Positions 27,769 through 36,995 of a DNA stretch of 42,227 nucleotides are shown piece by piece. The translations under genes were made by a program, and so were the position numbers. This DNA is from Saccharicrinis sp. (lineage in GTDB: Bacteria; Bacteroidota; Bacteroidia; Bacteroidales; Marinilabiliaceae). How positions within the stretch are numbered: the stretch's first letter is position 1; every line of letters begins with the position of its first letter. The stretch lies in assembly GCA_041584155.1 (NCBI GenBank), contig JBFHEL010000001.1:1-42227 (forward strand), read 5' to 3'. Below the pieces are notes generated by a model, which searched no databases, was not told the origin of the DNA, and was given only the letters and a program-made list of their open reading frames with translations.

Positions 27769-28935
27769 CTATAATCGGAGTATCTTTTTAACTCCTGTAA
27801 TCCAAAATGGGCTTAGCAGTAGAGAAAGGGCTATGGTGCTGATGATTATCTGATAAGCATAATCTTGTATAATTCCCGCTTTAAAACCTATTGAACCAAG
27901 CACAAAACTGAACTCTCCTATTTGTGAGAGTAATGCTCCGGCATAAATACTTGTTTTCCAATCTTCATGAAATATCTTCATAACAATCATATTTACACTG
28001 CCATTCAATAAAAAAACCAACACAACAAGCACGCCTATGATAAGGACATTTTCTCGCAAAAAATTAAGATCTATCAGCATTCCTATCGACACGAAAAACA
28101 AGGCAACAAATAAAACTTTAAAAGCCGAAAGACTATCATGAACCCATTGTGTGGATTTTGTTGATGATAGTACAATACCACCAATAAATGCGCCAAGAGC
28201 TGAAGACAACTCTAGAAAGGCAGTGATCAAAGCAAAACCAAAACAGAGTGTAAATGCGACAAATACTTGCATCTCATAATCTTTGGCTATTGAAGATCGA
28301 AAAGGTAGTTTTATCTCTTTATATTTTAGAATATAAAAAATTACACCAATGATAAGGATGGCTCCAATCACTTGCTTAATAATTTCTCCTCGGGTAGGCT
28401 GCTCCCCTCCCAGATATCCCAACACAATAAGCATTGGCACTATCAATATGTCCTGAGCCAAGAGGATACCTAAAACGCTTTGTCCTGCTTTTGTCTCTAA
28501 CTCATCCCGCTCTTGTAGTAATTTGATAATAACGGCAGTACTACTAAGGCTAATCACAAATCCGAGCATGATTACCTGATTGATGCTCCAATTGAAATAA
28601 TGACCCAATACCCAAATAATAGTCACGCTTAGCAACACCTGTAATAAGGTTCCTATTATCGAAATCTTCCAATTGGCAATTAATTTGGGAAGATGAATCT
28701 CCATCCCAATAAAAAAAAGCAATAATACCAAACCCAGCGAACCGAGGTTAGATATTAAATTTTCATCGCTTATTAATCCTAAGCCTAAAGGTCCTACAAT
28801 AACGCCAACTATCATATAAGCCACAATAGAGGGCTGCCTCAATAAGCGTAAAATAAAACCAATAACTATGATAATAGCAGAAAGAAAAACAAACTTAGAT
28901 ACCATGGGATCCATATGAACAGAAAGGAGAATCAT
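27769..28935 (-). CDS. CPA2-family cation:proton antiporter (Kef-type membrane domain only)
   Basis: 'LGLVLLLFFIGME', 'SLSSTAV', 'GILLAQD', 'FFVSIGM', 'LSQIGEFSFV'; start uncertain (28935 or 28914 more plausible than 28992). Confidence 0.9.
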   Translation of the reverse strand: MILLSVHMDPMVSKFVFLSAIIIVIGFILRLLRQPSIVAYMIVGVIVGPLGLGLISDENLISNLGSLGLVLLLFFIGMEIHLPKLIANWKISIIGTLLQVLLSVTIIWVLGHYFNWSINQVIMLGFVISLSSTAVIIKLLQERDELETKAGQSVLGILLAQDILIVPMLIVLGYLGGEQPTRGEIIKQVIGAILIIGVIFYILKYKEIKLPFRSSIAKDYEMQVFVAFTLCFGFALITAFLELSSALGAFIGGIVLSSTKSTQWVHDSLSAFKVLFVALFFVSIGMLIDLNFLRENVLIIGVLVVLVFLLNGSVNMIVMKIFHEDWKTSIYAGALLSQIGEFSFVLGSIGFKAGIIQDYAYQIIISTIALSLLLSPFWITGVKKILRL

Positions 28936-29249
28936 ATTGTAAATATTATACCAGTGTAAATTATATCCATTTAAATATAAGTGCTTAATCATTCAAATAC
29001 TAACATTTTCGTCATCAAAATACAGCATTCTGTATTAAAAAATTCAACCCCATACACACATCCTTCTAAGAAATACTTCCTCTTCAATATCGCTTAAGAA
29101 AAAATGTCATATAAAGTGATCATTATGACAGTGTTATGTATTTTTTATCACGACAAAATGACTGATCTATATTTTTCCCTCTTAACCCCAAAATATAAAT
29201 GTTTGATAATCAATAAAAAATTAAATGGTCTCCTCTTCCACCCAAAAAT

Positions 29250-29264
29250 TGGCATCCTGTTTGA
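29250..29264 (+). promoter_or_regulatory. Putative sigma-54 (-24/-12) promoter of hsp20 copy 2
   Basis: TGGCATC-N4-TTGA versus consensus TGGCACG-N4-TTGC; an upstream TGTCATA-N12-TATGACA inverted repeat at 29105-29130 could be an enhancer. Confidence 0.5.
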
Positions 29265-29353
29265 AGTAGGTTAGCTGAGATTATTAAAAATTTGTTGAAC
29301 CTGCCTTCTCTGCCATTAAAGGCAGAATGGCTAAATTTTTGGAGGATTAAGTT

Positions 29354-29806
29354 ATGACACTTGCAAAATTATCAAACAACTTGTTCCCATCATTTCCTTC
29401 AATCTTCGATAGATTTTTTGATGGAGAATTGATGGATTGGAATAGTAGTAACTATTCAAGTACAAATACAAGCTTACCTGCGGTAAATGTTAAAGAAAAC
29501 GACAATGAGTTCTTAATCGAAGTTGCCGCTCCTGGTTTGCAAAAGGACGATTTTAAAGTGAATTACGACAATGGTCGACTAAGTATTTCATCAGAAAAGA
29601 AAAATCAGTCCGAAGAAAAAGAAGGTGAAAAAATCACAAGGCGTGAATTTAGCTACCAGTCATTCCAACGTTCATTCACTGTTTCTGAACATGTTATAGA
29701 CGCTGAAAAAATTGTAGCTAATTACCAAAATGGTATCCTTCATATTACACTTCCAAAGCGGGAAGAGGTTAAACCAAAACCTGCAAAACAAATAGAGATT
29801 AAATAA
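29354..29806 (+). CDS. Hsp20/alpha-crystallin small heat-shock protein (copy 2)
   Basis: 'LPAVNVKE', 'AAPG', 'RREFSYQSFQRSFT', 'YQNGILHITLPK'. Confidence 0.95.
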   Translation: MTLAKLSNNLFPSFPSIFDRFFDGELMDWNSSNYSSTNTSLPAVNVKENDNEFLIEVAAPGLQKDDFKVNYDNGRLSISSEKKNQSEEKEGEKITRREFSYQSFQRSFTVSEHVIDAEKIVANYQNGILHITLPKREEVKPKPAKQIEIK

Positions 29807-29813
29807 CAACACG

Positions 29814-29844
29814 AGGGCAGTTATAAATACACTGCCCTTTTTTT
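29814..29844 (+). terminator. Intrinsic terminator after hsp20 copy 2
   Basis: AGGGCAGT...ACTGCCCT followed by a T-run. Confidence 0.8.
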
Positions 29845-30079
29845 ATACCTATCCTGTTATCAAAACATAAGTGGATAACGGTGTATCATCCTATGAGGTC
29901 TCTATCAACCACATTATTAAATACTGTTCACACAAAAGTATGAATAACATAATAAGCTAATGCTTTACCAATAAGTGTTTTACTTATTGACAGAGACGTT
30001 TTAATACATATAGGTACACGCAAAAAAACATACCCATGAAAAACAGCAAATGAAAACAGCAAAAAATAAGGGTATCACT

Positions 30080-30116
30080 TTAACTTTTTCTTAACTGAGT
30101 TTAACCGCTCTTTAAC
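30080..30116 (+). promoter_or_regulatory. Four tandem TTAAC direct repeats (candidate OmpR/PhoB-type regulator site)
   Basis: TTAAC at 30080, 30091, 30101, 30112 (spacing 11/10/11). Confidence 0.45.
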
Positions 30117-30291
30117 GATAACAAAAGGTACAATTGAATAATTTTGTTTGTGCTTTTAATACTGAATATAGTAATTATGAAAAGTATTAATACAAAGCAA
30201 TTTGCTGACTTTATTGGATAGAAAGCCTTATGATAATTATTATCAGCTGGTAGTTTTTAGTAGATAACGAATATTTTGTTGAACCTTTTTA

Positions 30292-30504
30292 ATGTTTAAT
30301 GCAATGTTAGAGTTATGTATGTCCGTTCTAAATGGAGTTCATGAAGACAAAAAACTTTTCAGAAAGGAATTGATCAAATCTATGTCCTGGTTAAATACCT
30401 CAGATCAAATAAAACTTCAGATCTGGGTACGAAAACATTTTATGGATGAACATGCTGATGTTATTGATGAAATACTGAGCACCAAATATCTTTTTGCATC
30501 CTAA
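30292..30504 (+). CDS. Small conserved hypothetical protein
   Basis: 70 aa; 'MLE...L..V..D..LFRKEL.KS..WL' resembles a small Bacteroidota protein family; followed by its own terminator. Confidence 0.7.
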   Translation: MFNAMLELCMSVLNGVHEDKKLFRKELIKSMSWLNTSDQIKLQIWVRKHFMDEHADVIDEILSTKYLFAS

Positions 30505-30517
30505 TAGCTTTGTTTAC

Positions 30518-30551
30518 AAGCATGTACCTAACTATTAGATACATGCTTTTT
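30518..30551 (+). terminator. Intrinsic terminator
   Basis: AAGCATGTA...TACATGCTT plus TTT. Confidence 0.65.
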
Positions 30552-30636
30552 ACATAAAAGCACACTATTTTCTACAATAGAAGAATCATTTTTTATTTTA
30601 ATTTTTAATGTCAATTAGTTTTAAGGAGGAACTTAT

Positions 30637-31785
30637 ATGAAAAGTTTTAATTCGTATTGGAGCATCTTAATTGTATCTATTTTATTATTTCATGCCCAGC
30701 CAAATATTTTTGCAAGTGATAACAACACTGAAATATTCACGCCCTACACAAAAGTTTCGGTATCACCCGGAGGAACAGTTAATTATTCATTAGATATCAT
30801 CAATAACAACGAACAAACCATTAACGAAAACATTACCATTACCAACATTCCAAATTCGTGGGATTATACCCTGACAGCTGATGGTATGAACATTGGTAAA
30901 TTGGCAGTTCTGGGAAACGAAAAAGAAACCTTAAAGCTAAAAATTGAAGTCCCTTATCAGGTAAGAAAAGGCAATTATACTTTCTATGCAAAGCTGGGAG
31001 AAAGAGCCTCACTGCCCTTATCTATTCATGTGACTTCAGCAGGATCTAACGAAACGGAGTTATCGTGCGACCAGAAGAATATGCAAGGTACTTCAAAATC
31101 TAAATTTACCTTTAATGCCGTATTAAAAAACAAAACAGCTAATCAACAACAATACGCACTAATAGCTTCGCCCCCCAAAGGATGGAATGTAATTATTAAA
31201 TCGAACCATAAGCAAGCAACATCTACTGAAATAGAAGCAAATGGAACGGTGAAATTAGATTATACCATTGAACTTCCTGCCACAATAAAAAGCGGCACCT
31301 ATAAAATCCCTGTAAAAGCCATATCGGGTTCTACCTCAGCAGAGATGGAATTGGAAGTAGTCATTACAGGAACGTATGACATGTCTTTGTCAACACCATC
31401 AGGTCTGTTAAGCACTAAAGTTACCGCAGGAGAGGAAGAAAATGTTGAGCTAGAGATCAAAAACACAGGCTCTGTAAAGTTGGAAAACATTGAACTATCT
31501 GCAACAAAACCTAAGAATTGGGAGGTTTCCTTCGACGAGAAAGAAATAGCCAGTCTTGACCCCGGACAAACGGCCAATGTTTACGCAACCATTAAAGCCG
31601 ATAAAAAGGCCATCCCTGGTGACTATGTAACCAAAATAACCGCAAAAACATCAGAAGCAAAGGAAGAGCTGTCATTCAGGGTAATGGTAAAAACCCCAAT
31701 GCTTATGGGATGGTTGGGAGTACTGATCATACTGGCTTCTATAGGGGGAGTACTATATTTAATCAAGAAATTCGGAAGGAGGTAA
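30637..31785 (+). CDS. NEW3 (NPCBM-associated)/COG1470-like exported protein with C-terminal membrane anchor
   Basis: Signal peptide, three Ig-like repeats (P.GW.V...G.Y), C-terminal TM followed by 'KKFGRR'. Confidence 0.78.
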   Translation: MKSFNSYWSILIVSILLFHAQPNIFASDNNTEIFTPYTKVSVSPGGTVNYSLDIINNNEQTINENITITNIPNSWDYTLTADGMNIGKLAVLGNEKETLKLKIEVPYQVRKGNYTFYAKLGERASLPLSIHVTSAGSNETELSCDQKNMQGTSKSKFTFNAVLKNKTANQQQYALIASPPKGWNVIIKSNHKQATSTEIEANGTVKLDYTIELPATIKSGTYKIPVKAISGSTSAEMELEVVITGTYDMSLSTPSGLLSTKVTAGEEENVELEIKNTGSVKLENIELSATKPKNWEVSFDEKEIASLDPGQTANVYATIKADKKAIPGDYVTKITAKTSEAKEELSFRVMVKTPMLMGWLGVLIILASIGGVLYLIKKFGRR

Positions 31786-31787
31786 CC

Positions 31788-32759
31788 ATGCAGAATCCAG
31801 TTATTCAGCTAAATGGAATTACAAAAAAATATGGAGATTTTACAGCTGTAAATCACCTGAACTTAACTATTAATAAAGGTGAGATATTTGGTTTACTAGG
31901 TCCTAATGGAGCCGGAAAATCAACGACTATACTCATGTTAATGGGCCTCACCGAACCCAGTTTGGGGAGTGTGACAGTTTGCGGAGTGAACTCCACATCT
32001 CAGCCCATTGAGGTGAAAAAGAAAGTGGGCTATCTGCCCGAAGATGTGGGTTTTTATGATGATCTCACAGGAATAGAAAACCTGATATATACCGCACGAC
32101 TCAATGGCTTTAACCGCGAAACAGCTGCTCAAAAGGCCAGTGCCCTATTAGATCAGGTAGGTTTAAGCAATGATAAAAACAAAAAAACAGCTAAATATTC
32201 TAAAGGAATGCGCCAACGTTTAGGCCTGGCGGATGTACTCATTAAAAACCCAGAGGTAATTATATTGGATGAACCTACTACAGGAATAGATCCCAAGGGA
32301 GTCAATGAGCTACTTTTGTTGATTAAGAAACTCAGTTGTGAGCACAATATGACCGTGTTATTTTCCTCTCATAATCTACATCAGGTACAAGAGGTGTGTG
32401 ACCGCGTTGGTATTTTTGTTAATGGACAATTATTGGCTGAAGGCAATATTGAAGAACTATCAAAAAAACTCTTTACCCATGGTAGGTACCTCATTGAGTT
32501 GGGTATTGACAATTATAATTCAAAAGCTCATATACCCGATTATGAACAGATTAAAGCACTGCTCAAACCCATTGATGGCATTCAAAAAATATCGGTTAAC
32601 AACGAAAAATATCAAATAGAATGTGCTTCAGATATTTCTTCAGCCATTGCAAAAACAGTTATTAATGCTAATTATGGGCTTAACTTCCTTAGTAAAAAGG
32701 AATATGGGCTTGATGCTATTTACAACCGCTATTTTGAAGGAGGATTAACAAATGAGTAG
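31788..32759 (+). CDS. ABC-2 type transporter ATP-binding protein
   Basis: GPNGAGKST, YSKGMRQR, ILDEPT; start at MQNPVI (31788) after an AAGGAGG SD. Confidence 0.93.
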   Translation: MQNPVIQLNGITKKYGDFTAVNHLNLTINKGEIFGLLGPNGAGKSTTILMLMGLTEPSLGSVTVCGVNSTSQPIEVKKKVGYLPEDVGFYDDLTGIENLIYTARLNGFNRETAAQKASALLDQVGLSNDKNKKTAKYSKGMRQRLGLADVLIKNPEVIILDEPTTGIDPKGVNELLLLIKKLSCEHNMTVLFSSHNLHQVQEVCDRVGIFVNGQLLAEGNIEELSKKLFTHGRYLIELGIDNYNSKAHIPDYEQIKALLKPIDGIQKISVNNEKYQIECASDISSAIAKTVINANYGLNFLSKKEYGLDAIYNRYFEGGLTNE

Positions 32760-33720
32760 TAAAGCCACAAAACAAACTAATCCGTTCTGGGTTATCGTAA
32801 GCAAAGAGATTTCTGATACGGTGAAGAGTTGGAAATTTATCATCATGGTTGCCTTGGTGCTGTTAACGTGCATGGGGTCATTATATGCGGCACTGGATGA
32901 TTTTTCAACGGCTATCAAAGGAGGAAGTGCTGATGACGATTTTTTCTTTTTAAAACTGTATACGCATTCCAACGGAACATTACCCTCGTTTATGCTTTTT
33001 ATTAGTTTCCTCGGACCATTACTGGGGATCAGTATGGGTTTTGACAGTATAAATACAGAACAAAATAAGGGAACCTTAAGCAGAATACTTGCTCAACCTA
33101 TATACAGGGACTATATACTTAATGCTAAATTTACAGCATCCTTAATTGTATTAAGTTCGCTATTTACTATGCTGAGCCTCCTGGTGCTTGGATTCGGGCT
33201 TATTTTTATTGGCATACCCCCCAGTGCAGATGAATTAATGAGAATTATTATTTTTTCAATCATCAATATTATCTATGTTGGTTTTTGGCTTAATTTGTCC
33301 ATCCTCTTTTCGGTCAAGTTTCGTCAGGCAGCCACTTCTGCATTGGCCGGAATATCTGTATGGCTTTTCTTTACTATTTTTTACAGAATGATTATCCGGC
33401 TTATTGCCAATGGCATGGCTCCTGCCAAATTTGCAAGCAAAAATCAGCTCATAGGTTTTCAAAGTTTTATTCAAAATTTAATGCGGTTTAACCCCGCTCA
33501 ACTATTTAATGATATAACCAACACCCTACTACGTCCCTCTATTCGTAGTCTGGGTCCATTAACCACAGAACAAACCCTGGGCGCTATTCCCAATCCCTTA
33601 CCATTAGGACAAAGTATCATGTTGGTGTGGCCTCAGATTGTGGCTCTCATTGGAGGTACACTCTTATTTTTTGCCATAGCCTATACGGTATTTATGCGCA
33701 GAGAGATACGTTCGAGGTAA
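32752..33720 (+). CDS. ABC-2 type transporter permease
   Basis: Multiple TMs, 'GFDSINTEQNKGTLSRILAQPI..AKF' motif. Confidence 0.9.
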   Translation: MSSKATKQTNPFWVIVSKEISDTVKSWKFIIMVALVLLTCMGSLYAALDDFSTAIKGGSADDDFFFLKLYTHSNGTLPSFMLFISFLGPLLGISMGFDSINTEQNKGTLSRILAQPIYRDYILNAKFTASLIVLSSLFTMLSLLVLGFGLIFIGIPPSADELMRIIIFSIINIIYVGFWLNLSILFSVKFRQAATSALAGISVWLFFTIFYRMIIRLIANGMAPAKFASKNQLIGFQSFIQNLMRFNPAQLFNDITNTLLRPSIRSLGPLTTEQTLGAIPNPLPLGQSIMLVWPQIVALIGGTLLFFAIAYTVFMRREIRSR

Positions 33721-33778
33721 CAGCAAAATAATTATTAACGTGATCAACCATTTCAATTTATAATAAATCATTCTAACA

Positions 33779-34711
33779 ATGGACATCCTTGTAAAGAATA
33801 TTACAAAAACCTACGGAACACAGAAAGCACTGGATAATTTGTCCTTTCAGGTAAAGACAGGAGAGATCCTTGGCTTTCTGGGCCCCAACGGGGCTGGAAA
33901 AACCACAACGATGAAAGCAATAACCTGCTACATCACACCAAACACAGGAGACATCTCCTTAGGAGGAAAATCGGTACATAATGAACCTGACTTGGTAAAG
34001 AAAAACATTGGTTACTTACCGGAAAACAACCCTTTATATCTGGATATGAGCATCATGGACTATCTTCGCTTTATTGGCGAACTACAAGGGGTTGGCAAAG
34101 ACAAGATTAAGGGGCAGGTCGAAAAAATGATTCGTATCTGTGGTTTGGATCTGGAAAAACATAAAAAAATTGGAGAATTATCAAAAGGGTACAAACAACG
34201 TGTTGGTCTGGCACAAGCATTGATTCATGACCCTCAGGTACTCATTCTCGACGAGCCAACTACCGGTTTAGACCCCAATCAGATTATAGAAATCAGAAAG
34301 CTTATTAAGGAAATAGGGAGAAAAAAAACAGTCATCCTAAGTTCACATATCTTAGCCGAGGTAGAAGCTACCTGCGACAGGGTATTAATTATCAATAAAG
34401 GAAAAATTGTGGCCGATGGAAGCCCTGATTCGCTGCGTAAAAAGGCACAAGGGAATGAGATACTAAAGGTTGGCATAAGTACTACCAACCCAAACGAAGC
34501 TTATAATGCCTTGCGCAATCTTGACGAAGTAGCTGGTGTATCTTTTGCTGACTCAAACAAATCTCTCTTTGAAGTCGAAAGCCATTCGGGTAAATCATCT
34601 ATTGAATCTATTTTTAATTTGTGTGTTAGCAAAGGTTGGTTTTTAACCCGTTTAACCCCTATTGAAAAGAACCTTGAAGATGTATTCAGAGAGTTAACCC
34701 AAACACACTAA
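33779..34711 (+). CDS. ABC transporter ATP-binding protein, GldA-like
   Basis: GPNGAGKTT, GYLPENNPLY, LSKGYKQRVGLAQA, LDEPTTGLDPNQ. Confidence 0.93.
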   Translation: MDILVKNITKTYGTQKALDNLSFQVKTGEILGFLGPNGAGKTTTMKAITCYITPNTGDISLGGKSVHNEPDLVKKNIGYLPENNPLYLDMSIMDYLRFIGELQGVGKDKIKGQVEKMIRICGLDLEKHKKIGELSKGYKQRVGLAQALIHDPQVLILDEPTTGLDPNQIIEIRKLIKEIGRKKTVILSSHILAEVEATCDRVLIINKGKIVADGSPDSLRKKAQGNEILKVGISTTNPNEAYNALRNLDEVAGVSFADSNKSLFEVESHSGKSSIESIFNLCVSKGWFLTRLTPIEKNLEDVFRELTQTH

Positions 34712-34759
34712 AACACCTCCAATTCAATGCTTTAAAACTATAATTAATAAAATACTATA

Positions 34760-35485
34760 ATGAAACAAATATGGATTATTACAAAAAAGGAATTAAAAGG
34801 ATATTTTGATTCCTTGATGGCATATATTCTCATTGTTGTTTTTCTGGGGCTGAGCGGATTTTTTACCTGGCTTTATGGAAACAGTGATTTGTTTTATATT
34901 AACCAGGCAACCATGCAGCCATTTTTTGGTATTGCGTACTGGACTCTTTTTATTTTTATCCCGGCCCTTACCATGAAACAGATTGCCGAAGAATTTAAAA
35001 CCGGAACCATAGAACTATTGCTTACCAAGCCTGTTTCTGACTGGCAGGTGGTTAACGGTAAGTTTTTAGCAACCTTTCTGCTCATTGCAATAACACTGGG
35101 CTTAACCCTACCCTATTATGTTACCATTGCCAATATAGGACCCATTGACCATGGCACAGTAATAACAGGGTATTTAGGATTATTGCTGATGAGCGCGGCC
35201 TATATTAGCCTGGGAATATTTGCCAGCAGCATCACTTCAAATCAGATAGTAGCATTTTTACTCGCTTTGGTTATAGGTATCTTTTTTCAAATTCTTTTCG
35301 GTATTATCTCCAGAGCCTTTACTGGCACCATTGGAGATGTATTATCATACCTCGACATGCAAAACCACTATCAAAGCATTACCCGAGGAGTGATTGACAG
35401 TAAAAACATACTATACTTTGCCACAATCATACTAGGAGGACTGATGGCATCTGAGTTATCACTTGTTAAACGTAACATCAACTAA
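34760..35485 (+). CDS. ABC transporter permease, GldF-like
   Basis: 'KKELKGYFDS', 'PALTM..AEE..GTIELLLTKP', 'GKFLA', 'SNQIVAF', 'RGVID'. Confidence 0.9.
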   Translation: MKQIWIITKKELKGYFDSLMAYILIVVFLGLSGFFTWLYGNSDLFYINQATMQPFFGIAYWTLFIFIPALTMKQIAEEFKTGTIELLLTKPVSDWQVVNGKFLATFLLIAITLGLTLPYYVTIANIGPIDHGTVITGYLGLLLMSAAYISLGIFASSITSNQIVAFLLALVIGIFFQILFGIISRAFTGTIGDVLSYLDMQNHYQSITRGVIDSKNILYFATIILGGLMASELSLVKRNIN

Positions 35486-35495
35486 TTAAAACATC

Positions 35496-36995
35496 ATGAA
35501 CGATAAGCTTCGATTTAAATATTATATCGCATTGACCACTGGCATATTAGTCTTGGCTAACGTGCTCGCTAATCGCTTTTTTGTTCGCCTTGATTTTACT
35601 GAAGACCAACGCTATACACTTAGTGAAACCACAAAAGATATTTTAAGCGACATCACTGAACCAATTACTGTAACAGCCTATTTTTCTGAGGGTTTACAAC
35701 CTCAGTTCGACCAGTTAAGAAATAACTTTAAGGATCTGTTAACTGAATACGCATCGCGAACGAATCATCAATTGGTATTTGAATTTATCAATCCCAATGA
35801 AAATGAACAACTTGAGCAAAGAGCCATTCAGCAAGGCATTCAAACAATAATGATAGAAACACGCGAAAAGGATCAGTCCACTTCAAAAAAGGCATTTTTA
35901 GGTGCTGTAGTGCAAATAGGTGAGGATTCGGAAACCATTCCCTTTATTCAGGCTGGAGCACAAATGGAGTATGCACTAACTACTTCCATAAAAAAAATGA
36001 CAGTCCCGGACAAGGATGTCATTGGTTTTATTGTGGGACATGGTGAACCCTCTCTTAGCGAACAAGCTCAAGTAGTTCAGGGTTTGAAAGTATTGTATGC
36101 TCCCGAAGAAATAAAGTTATCCGACAGTATTAACCTAAGTAAGTACAAAACATTAGCATGGATTAATCCTCAGGATTCAATACCCGATAAAGACTTTACC
36201 TTAGTTGATAATTTTCTCAAACAAGGAGGTAATTTATTGGTGTCATTTAACAAGGTTAAAGCACAGTTAAACCAGGGAATGGGTTTTGCCACACATACCG
36301 GTATGGCTGTCTGGTTAAAAAAACAAGGTCTTATTGTAAATGAAGACTTTTTAGTGGATGCCAGCTGTGGTTCGGTTAATGTGCAACAACAACAAGGTAT
36401 TTTTACCGTGAACCGTCCAATTAGCTTTCCTTACCTACCCGTTCTATCGAATTTTTCGGACCATCCCATTACTAAAGGACTGGGAACAATAGTGATGCAG
36501 TTTGGAAGTTCGTTAGCCTTTAATGGGGATACACTAACCTCCTTCACCCCTCTGGTTTTTACCTCTGACAAATCAGGAAAACAAAATGCCCCGGTTTATT
36601 TTAATATCGAAAAACAATGGAATGAAAATGATTTTACCGAGGCCAGAATTCCTGTAGCTGCTCTGTTAGAAAAAGACAACCATAAAATGGTGGTGATTAC
36701 CGATGGTGATTTAGCGATAAACGGATCAGGACAAGAAGCACACCAGGTACAACCTGACAATGCCAATTTTATAGTGAATGCTATTGATTTCATGAGCGAT
36801 GATACCGGACTTATTCAACTAAGGAGCAAACAAGTTAAGATGCGTCCTTTAGATCAATTAGATGACACAGACAAAAGTATACTGAAAATAATAAACTTCA
36901 CTCTTCCTATCCTTATTATACTCGGTATAGGTATCTATCGTTACCAAAGAAGAAAATTTATCCGCTTAAAAATTAAAGGAGAAAGCTATGTTTAA
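35496..36995 (+). CDS. GldG-family ABC transporter auxiliary component
   Basis: 'RLDFTEDQRYTLS', 'EYALT', 'GHGE', C-terminal TM. Confidence 0.88.
   Translation: MNDKLRFKYYIALTTGILVLANVLANRFFVRLDFTEDQRYTLSETTKDILSDITEPITVTAYFSEGLQPQFDQLRNNFKDLLTEYASRTNHQLVFEFINPNENEQLEQRAIQQGIQTIMIETREKDQSTSKKAFLGAVVQIGEDSETIPFIQAGAQMEYALTTSIKKMTVPDKDVIGFIVGHGEPSLSEQAQVVQGLKVLYAPEEIKLSDSINLSKYKTLAWINPQDSIPDKDFTLVDNFLKQGGNLLVSFNKVKAQLNQGMGFATHTGMAVWLKKQGLIVNEDFLVDASCGSVNVQQQQGIFTVNRPISFPYLPVLSNFSDHPITKGLGTIVMQFGSSLAFNGDTLTSFTPLVFTSDKSGKQNAPVYFNIEKQWNENDFTEARIPVAALLEKDNHKMVVITDGDLAINGSGQEAHQVQPDNANFIVNAIDFMSDDTGLIQLRSKQVKMRPLDQLDDTDKSILKIINFTLPILIILGIGIYRYQRRKFIRLKIKGESYV

Noticed and set aside
33779-36995. Naming the genes gldA, gldF and gldG
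   Set aside because: Family membership is clear, but this four-gene form with DUF4340 also occurs in non-gliding bacteria, so orthology to gliding genes cannot be shown from sequence alone
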